Shown here: in pieces, positions 9,802 to 19,387 of the stretch
Numbering within the stretch: position 1 is the first letter of the stretch
Layout of the letters: the number at the start of each line of letters is the position of its first letter
Assembly: GCA_022823625.1 (NCBI GenBank)
Contig: JAJEHQ010000011.1
Location: 132,077 to 196,076 of the forward strand
DNA from: Gammaproteobacteria bacterium
Lineage (GTDB): Bacteria; Pseudomonadota; Gammaproteobacteria; Arenicellales; JAJDZL01
Direction: 5' to 3'
DNA: 64,000 bases
Program-made: the position numbers and the translations under genes
The notes under the pieces: generated by a model
What the model was told of the DNA's origin: nothing
What the model saw: the letters and a program-made list of their open reading frames with translations, nothing else
The model's database searches: none

Positions 9802-9850
9802 ACGCGTGTGTATGATGTGTTGATATGAGCTTCAAATAAATGGTCTGAAA

Positions 9851-10879
9851 ATGACTGCTGAGACAATTTCACCGAATCCTCGGGCACAAAAGGATGGCGT
9901 TCCTCACTGGAACTATCAGCCTGATACTCCTCTGGCTGTGTCACCGCTATTTGAGTGGCCCTTGAATCCATTGAAAATTATGAACTGGTTTATCCGAAGT
10001 TGGTTTCCTATTTCGGAGAAGTTGATCATCGTTTTTGCTGCGTGGTTATCCTGGACTTATTTCCAACCACCGCTTGACGTGTCAAAGAATTTTGCTTTCG
10101 ACTGGATTGGCCTGATGTGGCTGAGAAATTTCGTCCTGATGATGATTTTTGCCGGCGGTCTGCATCTTTACCTCTATGTATTCCGATTTCAGAAAGACAG
10201 ACGGCGATACGATAGCAAGCGCTTTGGCAAAGGTCGTCCCTATACCTTCCGAGACCAGGTACTGGATAACATGTTCTGGACAATCGTCAGTGGTGTTACG
10301 ATTTGGACAGGGTACGAGGCATTACTGATTTGGGGATTTGCGAATGGCTACCTGGAAGTCATGGAGTGGGCTCAAAATCCGATCTGGTTCGTTGCAATTT
10401 TCCTGATCGTGCCGGTTTGGGAGACTTTTTACTTCTATATTGTTCACCGCTGGCTGCACTGGAAACCACTCTACAAGATTGCCCATCATGTGCATCATCG
10501 AAATACCAATGTTGGCCCGTGGTCGGGACTGTCCATGCATCCGATTGAACATCTGATCTTTTTGGGATCGGTTTTAGTTCACTGGATTATCCTGTCTCAT
10601 CCTATTCATGTTCTTTATCATCTTCAGTATTTTGCCTTATCTGCAGTGACTACACACTGTGGTTACAACTCGATTGCAGGTAAACGGCGTAAGATCATTT
10701 CGCTTGGAACGTTTCATCATCAGATGCATCATCGGTTCATCCACTGTAATTACGGCGGACTGGAAATTCCCATTGACAAGTTTGTCGGAACATTTCACGA
10801 TGGTACAGTTGAGGCGCATGCGAAACTGAAAGAGCACATGCGTGCCAAGGCCCGCGAAATTCGGCAGAAGAAAGGCTGA
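9851..10879 (+). CDS. Fatty acid hydroxylase / sterol desaturase family membrane di-iron protein
   Basis: Three histidine boxes are present: HRWLHW, HHVHHRN and HHQMHHRF. There are several hydrophobic segments. Confidence 0.8.
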   Translation: MTAETISPNPRAQKDGVPHWNYQPDTPLAVSPLFEWPLNPLKIMNWFIRSWFPISEKLIIVFAAWLSWTYFQPPLDVSKNFAFDWIGLMWLRNFVLMMIFAGGLHLYLYVFRFQKDRRRYDSKRFGKGRPYTFRDQVLDNMFWTIVSGVTIWTGYEALLIWGFANGYLEVMEWAQNPIWFVAIFLIVPVWETFYFYIVHRWLHWKPLYKIAHHVHHRNTNVGPWSGLSMHPIEHLIFLGSVLVHWIILSHPIHVLYHLQYFALSAVTTHCGYNSIAGKRRKIISLGTFHHQMHHRFIHCNYGGLEIPIDKFVGTFHDGTVEAHAKLKEHMRAKAREIRQKKG

Positions 10880-10990
10880 TGTTGTTTCATTAAAAGATTC
10901 TAAAAGTCGTTAAAAACGTACAAATCCGTCCAAATTAATTCTATATGTCAGTAAAAATCTCAGAGCAACAGTCCCGCAGAAAGTTGAGGT

Positions 10991-11851
10991 GTGGAAATGT
11001 GGGTTAGATGGTGGATACTACTAATTCCACCGCTCATTGTCGGTTTCACACTGGTTGCGGCATCACAGTTTGTCTTTCTGAGAGCAAGTTTTTTTGAAGA
11101 TCTCGGTCTTGGGCGCGTTGGAGACGAGTTGGTCATTGGAAACTATGTTCAATTTCTCACAGATGGTTTTTACCTCAAGATTCTCTGGGTAACTGTTAAG
11201 ACTTCAGCACTTGCAGCACTGTCAACATTGATTCTGGGATTTCCGGTCGCTTACCTGATTGCGCGAATGCGATCGAGCTGGTCCATGATCTTGCTCGCGG
11301 GAATCGTTGTATCGACCTTTATTACTATCGTGATCAAAGTCTACGGACTGATTGTCATATTCTCCGCTAATGGCCTCTTTAATCAGACAATGCTTGCCAT
11401 CGGGCTCTTTGACAAACCTTTTTCAGTGTTCGGTAATGAAACCGGCGTGGTCATCGGCTTGATGCACTTTACACTCGGATTTGGTGTTCTTCTGCTGTAC
11501 AGCATCATTCAAACGATTCCGAAATCGCTGGAGTCTGCCGCGCAAATTCATGGTGCAAATCGCTGGCGAGTGTATTACCGCATTATTTTTCCGTTGTCTT
11601 TGCCAGGTGTTACAGCGATGCTTCTCATGGTGTTCAACATGTGTATGGGGGCATTCACATCTGCAGCACTTCTTGGCGGTGGACGCGTCTTCACGCTCCC
11701 CGTGATGATCCAAAGGATTGTCATGATGGATATCAAGTATTCCATGGGAGCGACGATTGCTGCAGTATTACTGGTTTCGGTGATTGTCATCAATCTTTTG
11801 TCAATTTATCTGCTTCGACGTTTGCGCGCCGCTCATCTCGTTGTTGTCTGA
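10991..11851 (+). CDS. ABC transporter permease (PotB/PotH-like)
   Basis: A multi-TM protein with an EAA-like loop (ESAAQIHGANRWRVYYRIIFPLSLPG). It sits in an operon with a second permease, a binding protein and an ATPase. Confidence 0.85.
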   Translation: MEMWVRWWILLIPPLIVGFTLVAASQFVFLRASFFEDLGLGRVGDELVIGNYVQFLTDGFYLKILWVTVKTSALAALSTLILGFPVAYLIARMRSSWSMILLAGIVVSTFITIVIKVYGLIVIFSANGLFNQTMLAIGLFDKPFSVFGNETGVVIGLMHFTLGFGVLLLYSIIQTIPKSLESAAQIHGANRWRVYYRIIFPLSLPGVTAMLLMVFNMCMGAFTSAALLGGGRVFTLPVMIQRIVMMDIKYSMGATIAAVLLVSVIVINLLSIYLLRRLRAAHLVVV

Positions 11852-11860
11852 GGACTGTTC

Positions 11861-12724
11861 ATGAAGTTTGTGACCTACAGATTACAAAAATTAATCGGCC
11901 GATTCTTCTTTGGACTTTATTGCTCCATTTCGTACATATTTCTCCTGTCGCCCATAGTGGTTGTGATCGGTACATCACTGAACGGTCCGACGGAAAACGT
12001 TGAGGCTTCTTTCAAATTTCCACCTGAATCGTTGTCGCTATATTGGTACACCCAAATTCCCGAAGGACAGATCGACGCGCTGCTGTTGAGCTTCGTGCTT
12101 GCGATCGTAGCATCACTGTGTGCTTGTCTTTTGGGCGTGCCCGCTGCGCTTGGTCTGGTACGCAGTAACGTTCCCGGAAAAGCGCTGATCAGTGCAATTT
12201 TTCGCGCGCCTTTGCAGATTCCGGCAATCGTAACCGGAATCGCTTTTCTGCAGCTGTTCTACTGGATTGGAGACCTGACCGGATTTTATTGGCAAGGCTC
12301 TCTCATCGGCCTTGCACTCGGTCATATCTTCATCGCCACACCTTATGTTGTCGGCACGGTTACTGCGATTCTGCAAAGATTCGATACGCGCCTTGAGGAG
12401 GCTGCTGTCATTCATGGGGCATCACCGAGGCGCGCCTTTTTCCGTGTTACTCTACCTGTGATTATGCCCGGAGTCTATGCCGGAGCGCTGTATGCGTTCA
12501 TGGTTTCATTTTCAGATGTTCCTGTTGCAATATTTCTGAGTGCGCCCGGATTTGTAACCTATCCAGTCGAGATATTCTTCGCACTTGAAAACGATTTTGA
12601 ACCGAGCCTGATGGCATCTGCTACATTGGTGATTATTATTTGCTTGCTTCTGCTACTGCTTGTCCAAAAAGTAATAGGACTTGATGCGCTATTGAAAGTA
12701 GGCGGTTCCCGTGGAGTGGGATAA
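11861..12724 (+). CDS. ABC transporter permease (PotC/PotI-like)
   Basis: EAA loop EEAAVIHGASPRRAFFRVTLPVIMPG. It starts 10 nt after the previous stop. Confidence 0.85.
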   Translation: MKFVTYRLQKLIGRFFFGLYCSISYIFLLSPIVVVIGTSLNGPTENVEASFKFPPESLSLYWYTQIPEGQIDALLLSFVLAIVASLCACLLGVPAALGLVRSNVPGKALISAIFRAPLQIPAIVTGIAFLQLFYWIGDLTGFYWQGSLIGLALGHIFIATPYVVGTVTAILQRFDTRLEEAAVIHGASPRRAFFRVTLPVIMPGVYAGALYAFMVSFSDVPVAIFLSAPGFVTYPVEIFFALENDFEPSLMASATLVIIICLLLLLLVQKVIGLDALLKVGGSRGVG

Positions 12725-12955
12725 TCGTTTCTAGCCAGTTTGATAATCTCACAATGTAAGCGTACATCACTGAAATTTATGGCAGTCGAAGAGTTTTGTT
12801 GTAAACTCTACAAACCAGTTGAATTTTTTGTGATGTCAGACGTAATGCAGATTAGTGCTTGGTAAATACCAGATGGCATCGACCTGAAAAAGACTTCGTC
12901 TCAACACTGAAAATTCAATGGTGTTTGAATTAATTGCAAACGGAGAGAGTGAGAA

Positions 12956-14020
12956 ATGTTTAAATCAGCTAAAAATGCCTTAGCTGGCATCTTTATTACA
13001 TTATTTTTGTCATCATCGGCTTTAGCAGCAGGTCAGTTTGATGGTGTTACGCTTCTCGTTGGTACGTGGGGAGGGTTGTGGAAAGACAACCAGGTGGAAA
13101 ACATCGTATCAAAATTTGAAGCAGAAGGCGGAAAAGTCGAGTTTGTAACCGGATCCCCAGCGGCAAATTTCGCAAAAATTGTTGCTGCGCGCGGTCAAGC
13201 CCCATTTGACGTGGTAGAAATTCTTGCTGCTCAGGTAAAAGACTATCATGAACTTGATGTGCTTCACCCACTGGATTTGAGCTTGATTCCCAACACTGAA
13301 TTCCTGGCGGAAAGCCGCTACAACGAATGGTTGGTTGGGTCGTGGGAAACCCAGGAGGTAATCTGCTACCACAAGGATAAATTTGCAGAAGAAGGGATTC
13401 CGGTACCCACAACCTATCGTGATCTTGTGCATCCAAAACTTGCCGGACGGATCCAGTTTCCTGACATCAATTCAGGTGGTGGCCTTACCGGTCTGGCGGG
13501 AGTAACGTTTGCTGAAGGTGGTGATGAAACCAACATTGAGCCGGGTTTGAATCTTGTTAAGGAAATGAATGTATTGAAGTTTTGGGCCCGTGGCGGCGAG
13601 ACGATGGCACAGTTTGAATCAGGTGACATCATTGCATCAGTCGTTCATGCAGGCTGGTGTTTGCGCACAAAAAAACTCGCCGGCCAGAATGTGACAACCG
13701 TCCATCCACGAATCAATGACGAGCTTGTTGGCGTCGCCTCAGAAGGCTGGTGGGGAGTTATGAAAAACAGCAAGAATGCTGAAGCTGCCCAATGGTACAT
13801 TAATCAGTTCATCAGTTCCGACTATCAACTTAAGATGGCCATAAAAACAGGTCTGGTTCCCGTCAATCAGAGCGTTTTTGAACCAATGGCGGATGATCCG
13901 CTTGTAGCAGAAATGATCGTACTGGATCCCGAAAAGGTTGGTAGCCAACTGAGAGTTGACTATTCGAAAGTCATCATTCCAGATTGGACCGACCAGTGGA
14001 ACAGAGCGATTGCTCAGTAA
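12956..14020 (+). CDS. Periplasmic solute-binding protein, PotD/PotF-type family
   Basis: Signal peptide MFKSAKNALAGIFITLFLSSSALAAG, about 354 aa, positioned between the Pot-type permeases and the ATPase. Confidence 0.8.
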   Translation: MFKSAKNALAGIFITLFLSSSALAAGQFDGVTLLVGTWGGLWKDNQVENIVSKFEAEGGKVEFVTGSPAANFAKIVAARGQAPFDVVEILAAQVKDYHELDVLHPLDLSLIPNTEFLAESRYNEWLVGSWETQEVICYHKDKFAEEGIPVPTTYRDLVHPKLAGRIQFPDINSGGGLTGLAGVTFAEGGDETNIEPGLNLVKEMNVLKFWARGGETMAQFESGDIIASVVHAGWCLRTKKLAGQNVTTVHPRINDELVGVASEGWWGVMKNSKNAEAAQWYINQFISSDYQLKMAIKTGLVPVNQSVFEPMADDPLVAEMIVLDPEKVGSQLRVDYSKVIIPDWTDQWNRAIAQ

Positions 14021-14057
14021 TAATCAGCAGTGCGATAAATTTCACTGATCGCCAACA

Positions 14058-15134
14058 ATGTCACAGCGCGTTGCTCTGCGGAATGTTACCAAGAGATTTG
14101 GCAGTGTAGTCGCACTAAAGACCATTAGTTTGGACATAGAGGAGGGTGAATTCATCACCCTCCTCGGTCCTTCTGGTTGCGGCAAAACAACCACGCTCCG
14201 GCTAATTGCGGGATTCAACGATCCAGATCAGGGACAGATTCTTCTGGGTGATCAGGACATCACGAATCTCCCTCCGCAGAAAAGGGAAATCGGAATGGTC
14301 TTTCAGGACTATGCGCTTTTTCCGCATCTGACCATTAAAGAGAACATTGCCTTTCCTCTGCGTGAAAGACGTACTCCAAAGGAGAAAATCAATGACAGGG
14401 TAGTGGAACTACTCGAACTGGTGCGTTTACCTGGCGTGGAAGAACGCTATCCCTCAGAACTGAGTGGAGGACAGGCACAGCGAATTTCAGTTGCACGTGC
14501 TGTAGCATATCCACCGAGAGTGTTACTAATGGACGAACCGCTAGGCGCTTTGGACCTTAAGCTTCGGGAAGCCATGCAGCTGGAATTGCGAAGAATTCAA
14601 CAGGAACTCCAAATTACAACTGTTTTCGTCACTCACGATCAAACAGAAGCAATGAACATGTCTGATCGAATTGCCGTTATGAGGAATGGTGAAATTGAAC
14701 AGGTAGGCACCGCTCGGGACATCTATAACTTTCCACAAAGTTCTTTTGTTGCAGATTTCGTCGGACGCATTAATCTGCTTGATGCAGAACTGTTGGGCGA
14801 ATCAGAAGGGATTGCAGAACTTAGGATCCTCAATGACGTGAATATTCGTGCAAAAATTGCGACCGAAGTACAGTCGAAATCTCTCTGCGTTGGCATTCGA
14901 CCGGAAAAACTTGCGATTGGCAGGTCAGGACACAAAGACAGATATGACAATCAAATTCCGGGGAAAGTCATCAGTTCTACATTTTCCGGTAATCTGCTGG
15001 ATATATTTGTTGATGTTGGAGCAGATAAGCCATTTCTGGTAGAACAGCGGCCTGATCAAGTTCCTTTGGAAATCAATACACCGGTTGATGTGTGTTGGAA
15101 CGCACAGGATGCTTTGGTCTTGAGCGCAGAATAA
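14058..15134 (+). CDS. ABC transporter ATP-binding protein (PotA-like, with C-terminal TOBE-type domain)
   Basis: Walker A GPSGCGKTT, signature LSGGQAQR, Walker B LLMDEPLGALD. Confidence 0.9.
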   Translation: MSQRVALRNVTKRFGSVVALKTISLDIEEGEFITLLGPSGCGKTTTLRLIAGFNDPDQGQILLGDQDITNLPPQKREIGMVFQDYALFPHLTIKENIAFPLRERRTPKEKINDRVVELLELVRLPGVEERYPSELSGGQAQRISVARAVAYPPRVLLMDEPLGALDLKLREAMQLELRRIQQELQITTVFVTHDQTEAMNMSDRIAVMRNGEIEQVGTARDIYNFPQSSFVADFVGRINLLDAELLGESEGIAELRILNDVNIRAKIATEVQSKSLCVGIRPEKLAIGRSGHKDRYDNQIPGKVISSTFSGNLLDIFVDVGADKPFLVEQRPDQVPLEINTPVDVCWNAQDALVLSAE

Positions 15135-15181
15135 TACTTTCATAACGAATCTCTTTCATCCCGCAATCCTTCTGATACGCG

Positions 15182-16087
15182 TTGTATCGGTCGTGTGTTA
15201 CCTCTTTTAAGCACGTGAAGCGAATTCCGCCAGCCATCGGCGCGATCCTGCTGATGGCGACTTCGACATTGTTTCTTGCCACCATGCAGGCACTGGTGCG
15301 CCATCTTGGACAGGACATTCACAGTTTTCAGATCACTTTCATCAATAGCGTTGTCGGGTTAATCTCACTCGCTGTTTTTTCAGCGTTCAGAAAGCAGCAT
15401 CAGTTCAAATCTCAGCGCAAAAAGCTGCTTTTTTTTAGGGGGACGGTGGTCGCGGCTGCAAACCTGATGTTTTTCTTTGGATTGACGTTGACACCGCTCG
15501 TTGAGGCAACATCTCTCAGTTTTGTCGGTATTGTTTTCGCGGTGATTCTATCGGTCCTTTTTCTGCGAGAAACTATGTATTTTCACCGTTGGATCAGTGT
15601 GATTGTTACTTTTGTTGGGATTATTGCAATTCTTCGCCCAGGATATATTGAAGCCTCACTGGGCGCTTATGCTGTCCTTTTGTCTTCACTCCTCTGGGGA
15701 TTCGCCCTGGTTGTTGCCAAAGTACTCTCCCGAACGGAGTCACCAGTTGTGATCATCACCTGGTCACTCTTGGTGACAAGCTTGGTTTCTGCTTTTTTTG
15801 CCATTTCTGTTTGGACGCCGATGTCGACCGAGCAGTTAATCAAAGTGATTCTGACTGGATTGTGTTGGACAATTGGCCATGTCAGCATGACAAAATCGTT
15901 AAAGATGTATGATGCAACGGTTGTTCTTCCAGTGAACTGTACTAGACTTATCTGGGCTGCAATCATTGGGTTGCTGGTATTCCAAGAGTTTCCGGATTCT
16001 TGGACAATATTCGGTTCACTACTAATTGTGCTTGCCATCATTTTTCTTTCACAATCAGAGGTGCGAAGCACAAAGGTTTCCGCGTAA
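15182..16087 (+). CDS. DMT-superfamily (EamA-like) transporter
   Basis: About 10 hydrophobic segments arranged as two EamA-like halves. The true start is uncertain; an in-frame GTG at 15215 (MKRIPPAIGAILLMA...) is plausible. Confidence 0.75.
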   Translation: MYRSCVTSFKHVKRIPPAIGAILLMATSTLFLATMQALVRHLGQDIHSFQITFINSVVGLISLAVFSAFRKQHQFKSQRKKLLFFRGTVVAAANLMFFFGLTLTPLVEATSLSFVGIVFAVILSVLFLRETMYFHRWISVIVTFVGIIAILRPGYIEASLGAYAVLLSSLLWGFALVVAKVLSRTESPVVIITWSLLVTSLVSAFFAISVWTPMSTEQLIKVILTGLCWTIGHVSMTKSLKMYDATVVLPVNCTRLIWAAIIGLLVFQEFPDSWTIFGSLLIVLAIIFLSQSEVRSTKVSA

Positions 16088-16258
16088 TATTGAGTTCAGG
16101 AGATAAGTGAGCCGGTCTGGTCAATAGACTGTGCTTGACTGGACCCGAAAGAGACTAGCGATAGAATTAAGTTAGAAAGAGTGAAATGGAGAGTTTTCAA
16201 CTAGGTACAGTAGCCCAACAGAACTAACGGCCAGCATTTTGGCAATCCGTACGTTCAC

Positions 16259-16264
16259 TATAAT
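16259..16264 (+). promoter_or_regulatory. Possible -10 element upstream of the purine-oxidation operon
   Basis: A perfect TATAAT lies 93 nt upstream of the puuD ATG. The best -35-like hexamer, TTGGCA (16239-16244), has a spacer of only 14 nt, so the call is weak. Confidence 0.25.
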
Positions 16265-16356
16265 TCTCGCGCGATTTGCGTCTACCTGGAAAAAGTAAAT
16301 AAGAGTGAATGGAATTCGCTCCTGGCTAACCAATCAGGAATCTCAATCAAATATCG

Positions 16357-17550
16357 ATGATTGAAGCCCACCTCCAAGAATGGCTTGAACTGTCGTTACG
16401 CTGGGCCCATCTGACAGTTGGCATCGCATGGATCGGTGCGTCGTTCTATTTCAATTGGCTCGAAAACCGTCTCATTCGACAGCAGTCGGTAAACCCCTCC
16501 ATTGAAGGGGACCTCTGGGCAATACATGGCGGTGGGTTTTACCACGTTCAAAAGTACGAGGTTGCCCCGGATGAGTTACCAGCTCAGCTCCATTGGTTCA
16601 AGTGGGAGGCTTATTTCACATGGTTTACGGGCCTGGCATTGCTGGTCTTGATCTTCTATGGAAATGCCAACGCTTACTTACTGGATCAGTCAGTCGCTCA
16701 AATTGCTCCCTGGCAGGGAATAACGATCGGAGTTGCTACATTGGCAATCTCCTGGATATTTTACGATCTGATGTGCCGGTCGGCCTTTGCCGAACGGCAT
16801 ATGCTTCTTGCTCTAATCATATTTACATACTTTTGTCTCTTGACGATTCTTCTGTGTAATACATTTAGCGGGCGTGGTGCATTTATCCATGTGGGTTCGG
16901 CCATTGGTACCGTCATGGTGCTGAATGTAATGGCAGTGATTGTTCCTTCACAAAAATCACTGGTCCGGGCAATGGAAACAGGTGGTGAACGGGATGCGGC
17001 ACTTGGCAGGGCAGGATTGACCCGCTCACGGCACAACAATTATCTGACATTGCCAGTGTTGTTCATCATGATCAGCAGTCATTACCCGTCAACCTTCAGC
17101 AGTAGCTGGAATTGGCTGATTTTGATCGGAATTGCCGTTGCTGGAATCGTCGTCCGACATTACTTTAACGTTCGCCATCTGCCGGGTACAAAGTGGTGGC
17201 TGCTACTGGTCGGGGCTGGAATATTCGTCCTGATTGCGCTGATGACTTTGCCCGAATCCCGGTCGACTTTGGATACTGTAAAATCAGTTTCAATAGAGAA
17301 CGTACGCAGCGTTATTCATGAACGTTGTACGGTCTGTCATTCCGCGGCGCCTGTGCATACTGATTTTCAAGTGGCACCGGGGGGCATCGTGATGGATACT
17401 GACGAACAGATCAACACACTTGCATCACGCATTTACACTACTTCCGTAGCCACCCGGTCGATGCCTATTGGCAATCTTTCACAGATGACTGAAGCCGAAC
17501 GTCAGCTTATTGGAGATTGGTATGCACAACTCGGTAGAACATCTCAATGA
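16357..17550 (+). CDS. puuD: Membrane-bound cytochrome c urate hydroxylase (PuuD type)
   Basis: 397 aa. A polytopic N-terminal region is followed by a C-terminal haem-c motif CTVCHS. It sits immediately upstream of, and overlaps, uraH-xdhABC. Confidence 0.8.
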   Translation: MIEAHLQEWLELSLRWAHLTVGIAWIGASFYFNWLENRLIRQQSVNPSIEGDLWAIHGGGFYHVQKYEVAPDELPAQLHWFKWEAYFTWFTGLALLVLIFYGNANAYLLDQSVAQIAPWQGITIGVATLAISWIFYDLMCRSAFAERHMLLALIIFTYFCLLTILLCNTFSGRGAFIHVGSAIGTVMVLNVMAVIVPSQKSLVRAMETGGERDAALGRAGLTRSRHNNYLTLPVLFIMISSHYPSTFSSSWNWLILIGIAVAGIVVRHYFNVRHLPGTKWWLLLVGAGIFVLIALMTLPESRSTLDTVKSVSIENVRSVIHERCTVCHSAAPVHTDFQVAPGGIVMDTDEQINTLASRIYTTSVATRSMPIGNLSQMTEAERQLIGDWYAQLGRTSQ

Positions 17551-17927
17551 ATAAATTAACGACACATGTACTTGATCTGGTACATGGTTGTCCCGGGCGA
17601 GGTATTGCTATCGAACTCTATCGGCTGACATCGGATGAAGCTCAAGCAGACGATTCGAATACCGAATGGGAACTGGTTGCATCCGATACAACCAACTATG
17701 ATGGCCGCTGTGATCAACCCTTGTTGGAAGGCGACTCATTTGTCAAGGGCTGTTATGAAATCGTGTTTCAGGCAGGCGCGTACTTTGATTCCTGGAATGA
17801 CAGCCAGGCTGAGCCCAAATTTTTGGATGCGATTGTGATTCGATTCGGAATTTCCGATCCGACGCAGCATTATCACGTCCCGCTTCTGCTATCTCAATAC
17901 GGGTATTCGACTTATCGGGGAAGTTGA
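17547..17927 (+). CDS. uraH: 5-hydroxyisourate hydrolase (transthyretin-like)
   Basis: THVLD..G.P N-terminus, HYHVPLLLSQYGYSTYRGS C-terminal signature (YRGS). ATGA overlap with the puuD stop. Confidence 0.9.
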   Translation: MNKLTTHVLDLVHGCPGRGIAIELYRLTSDEAQADDSNTEWELVASDTTNYDGRCDQPLLEGDSFVKGCYEIVFQAGAYFDSWNDSQAEPKFLDAIVIRFGISDPTQHYHVPLLLSQYGYSTYRGS

Positions 17928-19387
17928 TGCAAGACAGACATTCAATTCGATTCTTGTTGGGTAGTGAAAGCCGTGAGCTGACGGATATCGTGCCGACTAC
18001 TACTGTACTGGAGTATCTTCGTAAAGTCGAGAGGATGACTGGTACCAAGGAAGGGTGCGCCGAAGGTGATTGTGGTGCCTGCACAGTTGTCGTCGCAGAA
18101 AATGTAAATGGCAAACTTCGATACAAAGCCTGTAATTCATGCATCATGTTTGTACCCTTTCTTCATGGTAAACAGTTGATTACCGTTGAACACCTGAAAA
18201 ACAGGAACGATGAGTTGCATCCGGTGCAACAGGCAATGGTTGACCAGCATGGTTCGCAGTGTGGATTTTGTACGCCTGGATTTGTGATGTCGTTGTTTGG
18301 CATGTATCACAATGAATGTGATACGAGTCGGGTTGCTATCGATGATGCGTTGGCAGGTAATCTTTGCCGCTGTACCGGATATGCACCGATTGTACGCGCT
18401 GCCCGTCAGGCTTTACATGGACACAAGCCAGATCAATTTGACCATCGCGAGAAGCAAACCTTACGGTCTCTGTCAGATCTAGATGCCGCACCTTCAGTTC
18501 ATATTGACTCGAGTCAGCAAAGCTACCACGCACCAGCAACCGTTAAGGAACTGAAGCAGATTCTCAAGGAGAAGCCCGCAAGCCGAATTGTGGCAGGTGC
18601 AACCGATGTAGGGCTCTGGGTAACCAAAGAGCGTCGACACCTGGATTGTGTCATCTCCGTCTCTGATATTCAGGAGCTTCAAAGCATCTCGGTCGAAAAG
18701 GAGATGATCAGAATTGGTGCTGCAACGACCATAGCTGAAGCAATGGATACGCTTTCTCTATACTATCCATCACTGGATGAACTCTTTAGGCGATATGGTT
18801 CAGAACAGGTTCGAAATCAAGCCACCATTGGTGGCAACGTTGCGAATGGGTCACCGATAGGAGATAGCCTGCCTGTTCTAGTTGCGCTTGATGCAAAATT
18901 AATTATCTCAAGTGCTGCCGGTTCTCGTACCTTACCCGCTGAGGATTACTTCATTGACTATGGCAAGCAGGACCTCGGACCTGGTGAATTTCTGGAACGA
19001 ATCGATTTACCCTTGCCTATAGAAGGACAGCAATTCAGGGTTTACAAACTATCCAAGCGATTTCACCAGGATATTTCCGCGGTTTGTGGGGCGTTCTCTC
19101 TGACACTGGAAGCTGGAATTATTCAGGCTGTTCGAATCTCTTTCGGTGGAATGGCTGCAACACCAAAACGAGCGTTTCACTGTGAAGAAGCCCTAATCGG
19201 TTCTCCTTTATCTGGCGATGCAATTGTCAGAGGGCGACAGGCTTTACAGCGGGACTTCAACCCCATAACTGACTTTAGGGGCAGTTCTGATTACCGGACT
19301 CGGGTTGCTGGAAATCTGCTTGAAAAACTGTTCGATGAACTCTCGGGACGCGAACAGACAATCGTTTGGGAGGCAGACTATGCTTGA
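17927..19387 (+). CDS. xdhA: Xanthine dehydrogenase small subunit (2Fe-2S + FAD)
   Basis: Motifs CAEGDCGACTV, CGFCTPGF and CRCTGY, plus an FAD-domain GATDVGLWVTK. The ATG at 17927 shares one base with the uraH TGA. Confidence 0.9.
   Translation: MQDRHSIRFLLGSESRELTDIVPTTTVLEYLRKVERMTGTKEGCAEGDCGACTVVVAENVNGKLRYKACNSCIMFVPFLHGKQLITVEHLKNRNDELHPVQQAMVDQHGSQCGFCTPGFVMSLFGMYHNECDTSRVAIDDALAGNLCRCTGYAPIVRAARQALHGHKPDQFDHREKQTLRSLSDLDAAPSVHIDSSQQSYHAPATVKELKQILKEKPASRIVAGATDVGLWVTKERRHLDCVISVSDIQELQSISVEKEMIRIGAATTIAEAMDTLSLYYPSLDELFRRYGSEQVRNQATIGGNVANGSPIGDSLPVLVALDAKLIISSAAGSRTLPAEDYFIDYGKQDLGPGEFLERIDLPLPIEGQQFRVYKLSKRFHQDISAVCGAFSLTLEAGIIQAVRISFGGMAATPKRAFHCEEALIGSPLSGDAIVRGRQALQRDFNPITDFRGSSDYRTRVAGNLLEKLFDELSGREQTIVWEADYA

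Noticed and set aside
16254-16309. Purine (guanine/adenine) riboswitch-like string upstream of puuD: TTCACT-TATAAT...TCTACC...GTAAAT...AGTGAA.
   Set aside because: P2 and P3 helices cannot be drawn. The element is about 12 nt shorter than the consensus aptamer. The residue at the specificity position before the 3' P1 strand is G rather than C or U. The TATAAT is more simply a -10 box. I kept only a suggestion to run covariance models.
19305-19379. Upstream-extended starts offered by the ORF track: xdhB at 19305, FAH at 3748, pdxJ at 5616, guaD at 31965, the deacylase at 34441, Sel1 at 28230 and mttB at 61743.
   Set aside because: The extensions overlap upstream genes or add residues that do not match family N-termini. 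The internal ATG starts fit RBS positions or the stop/start coupling geometry better.
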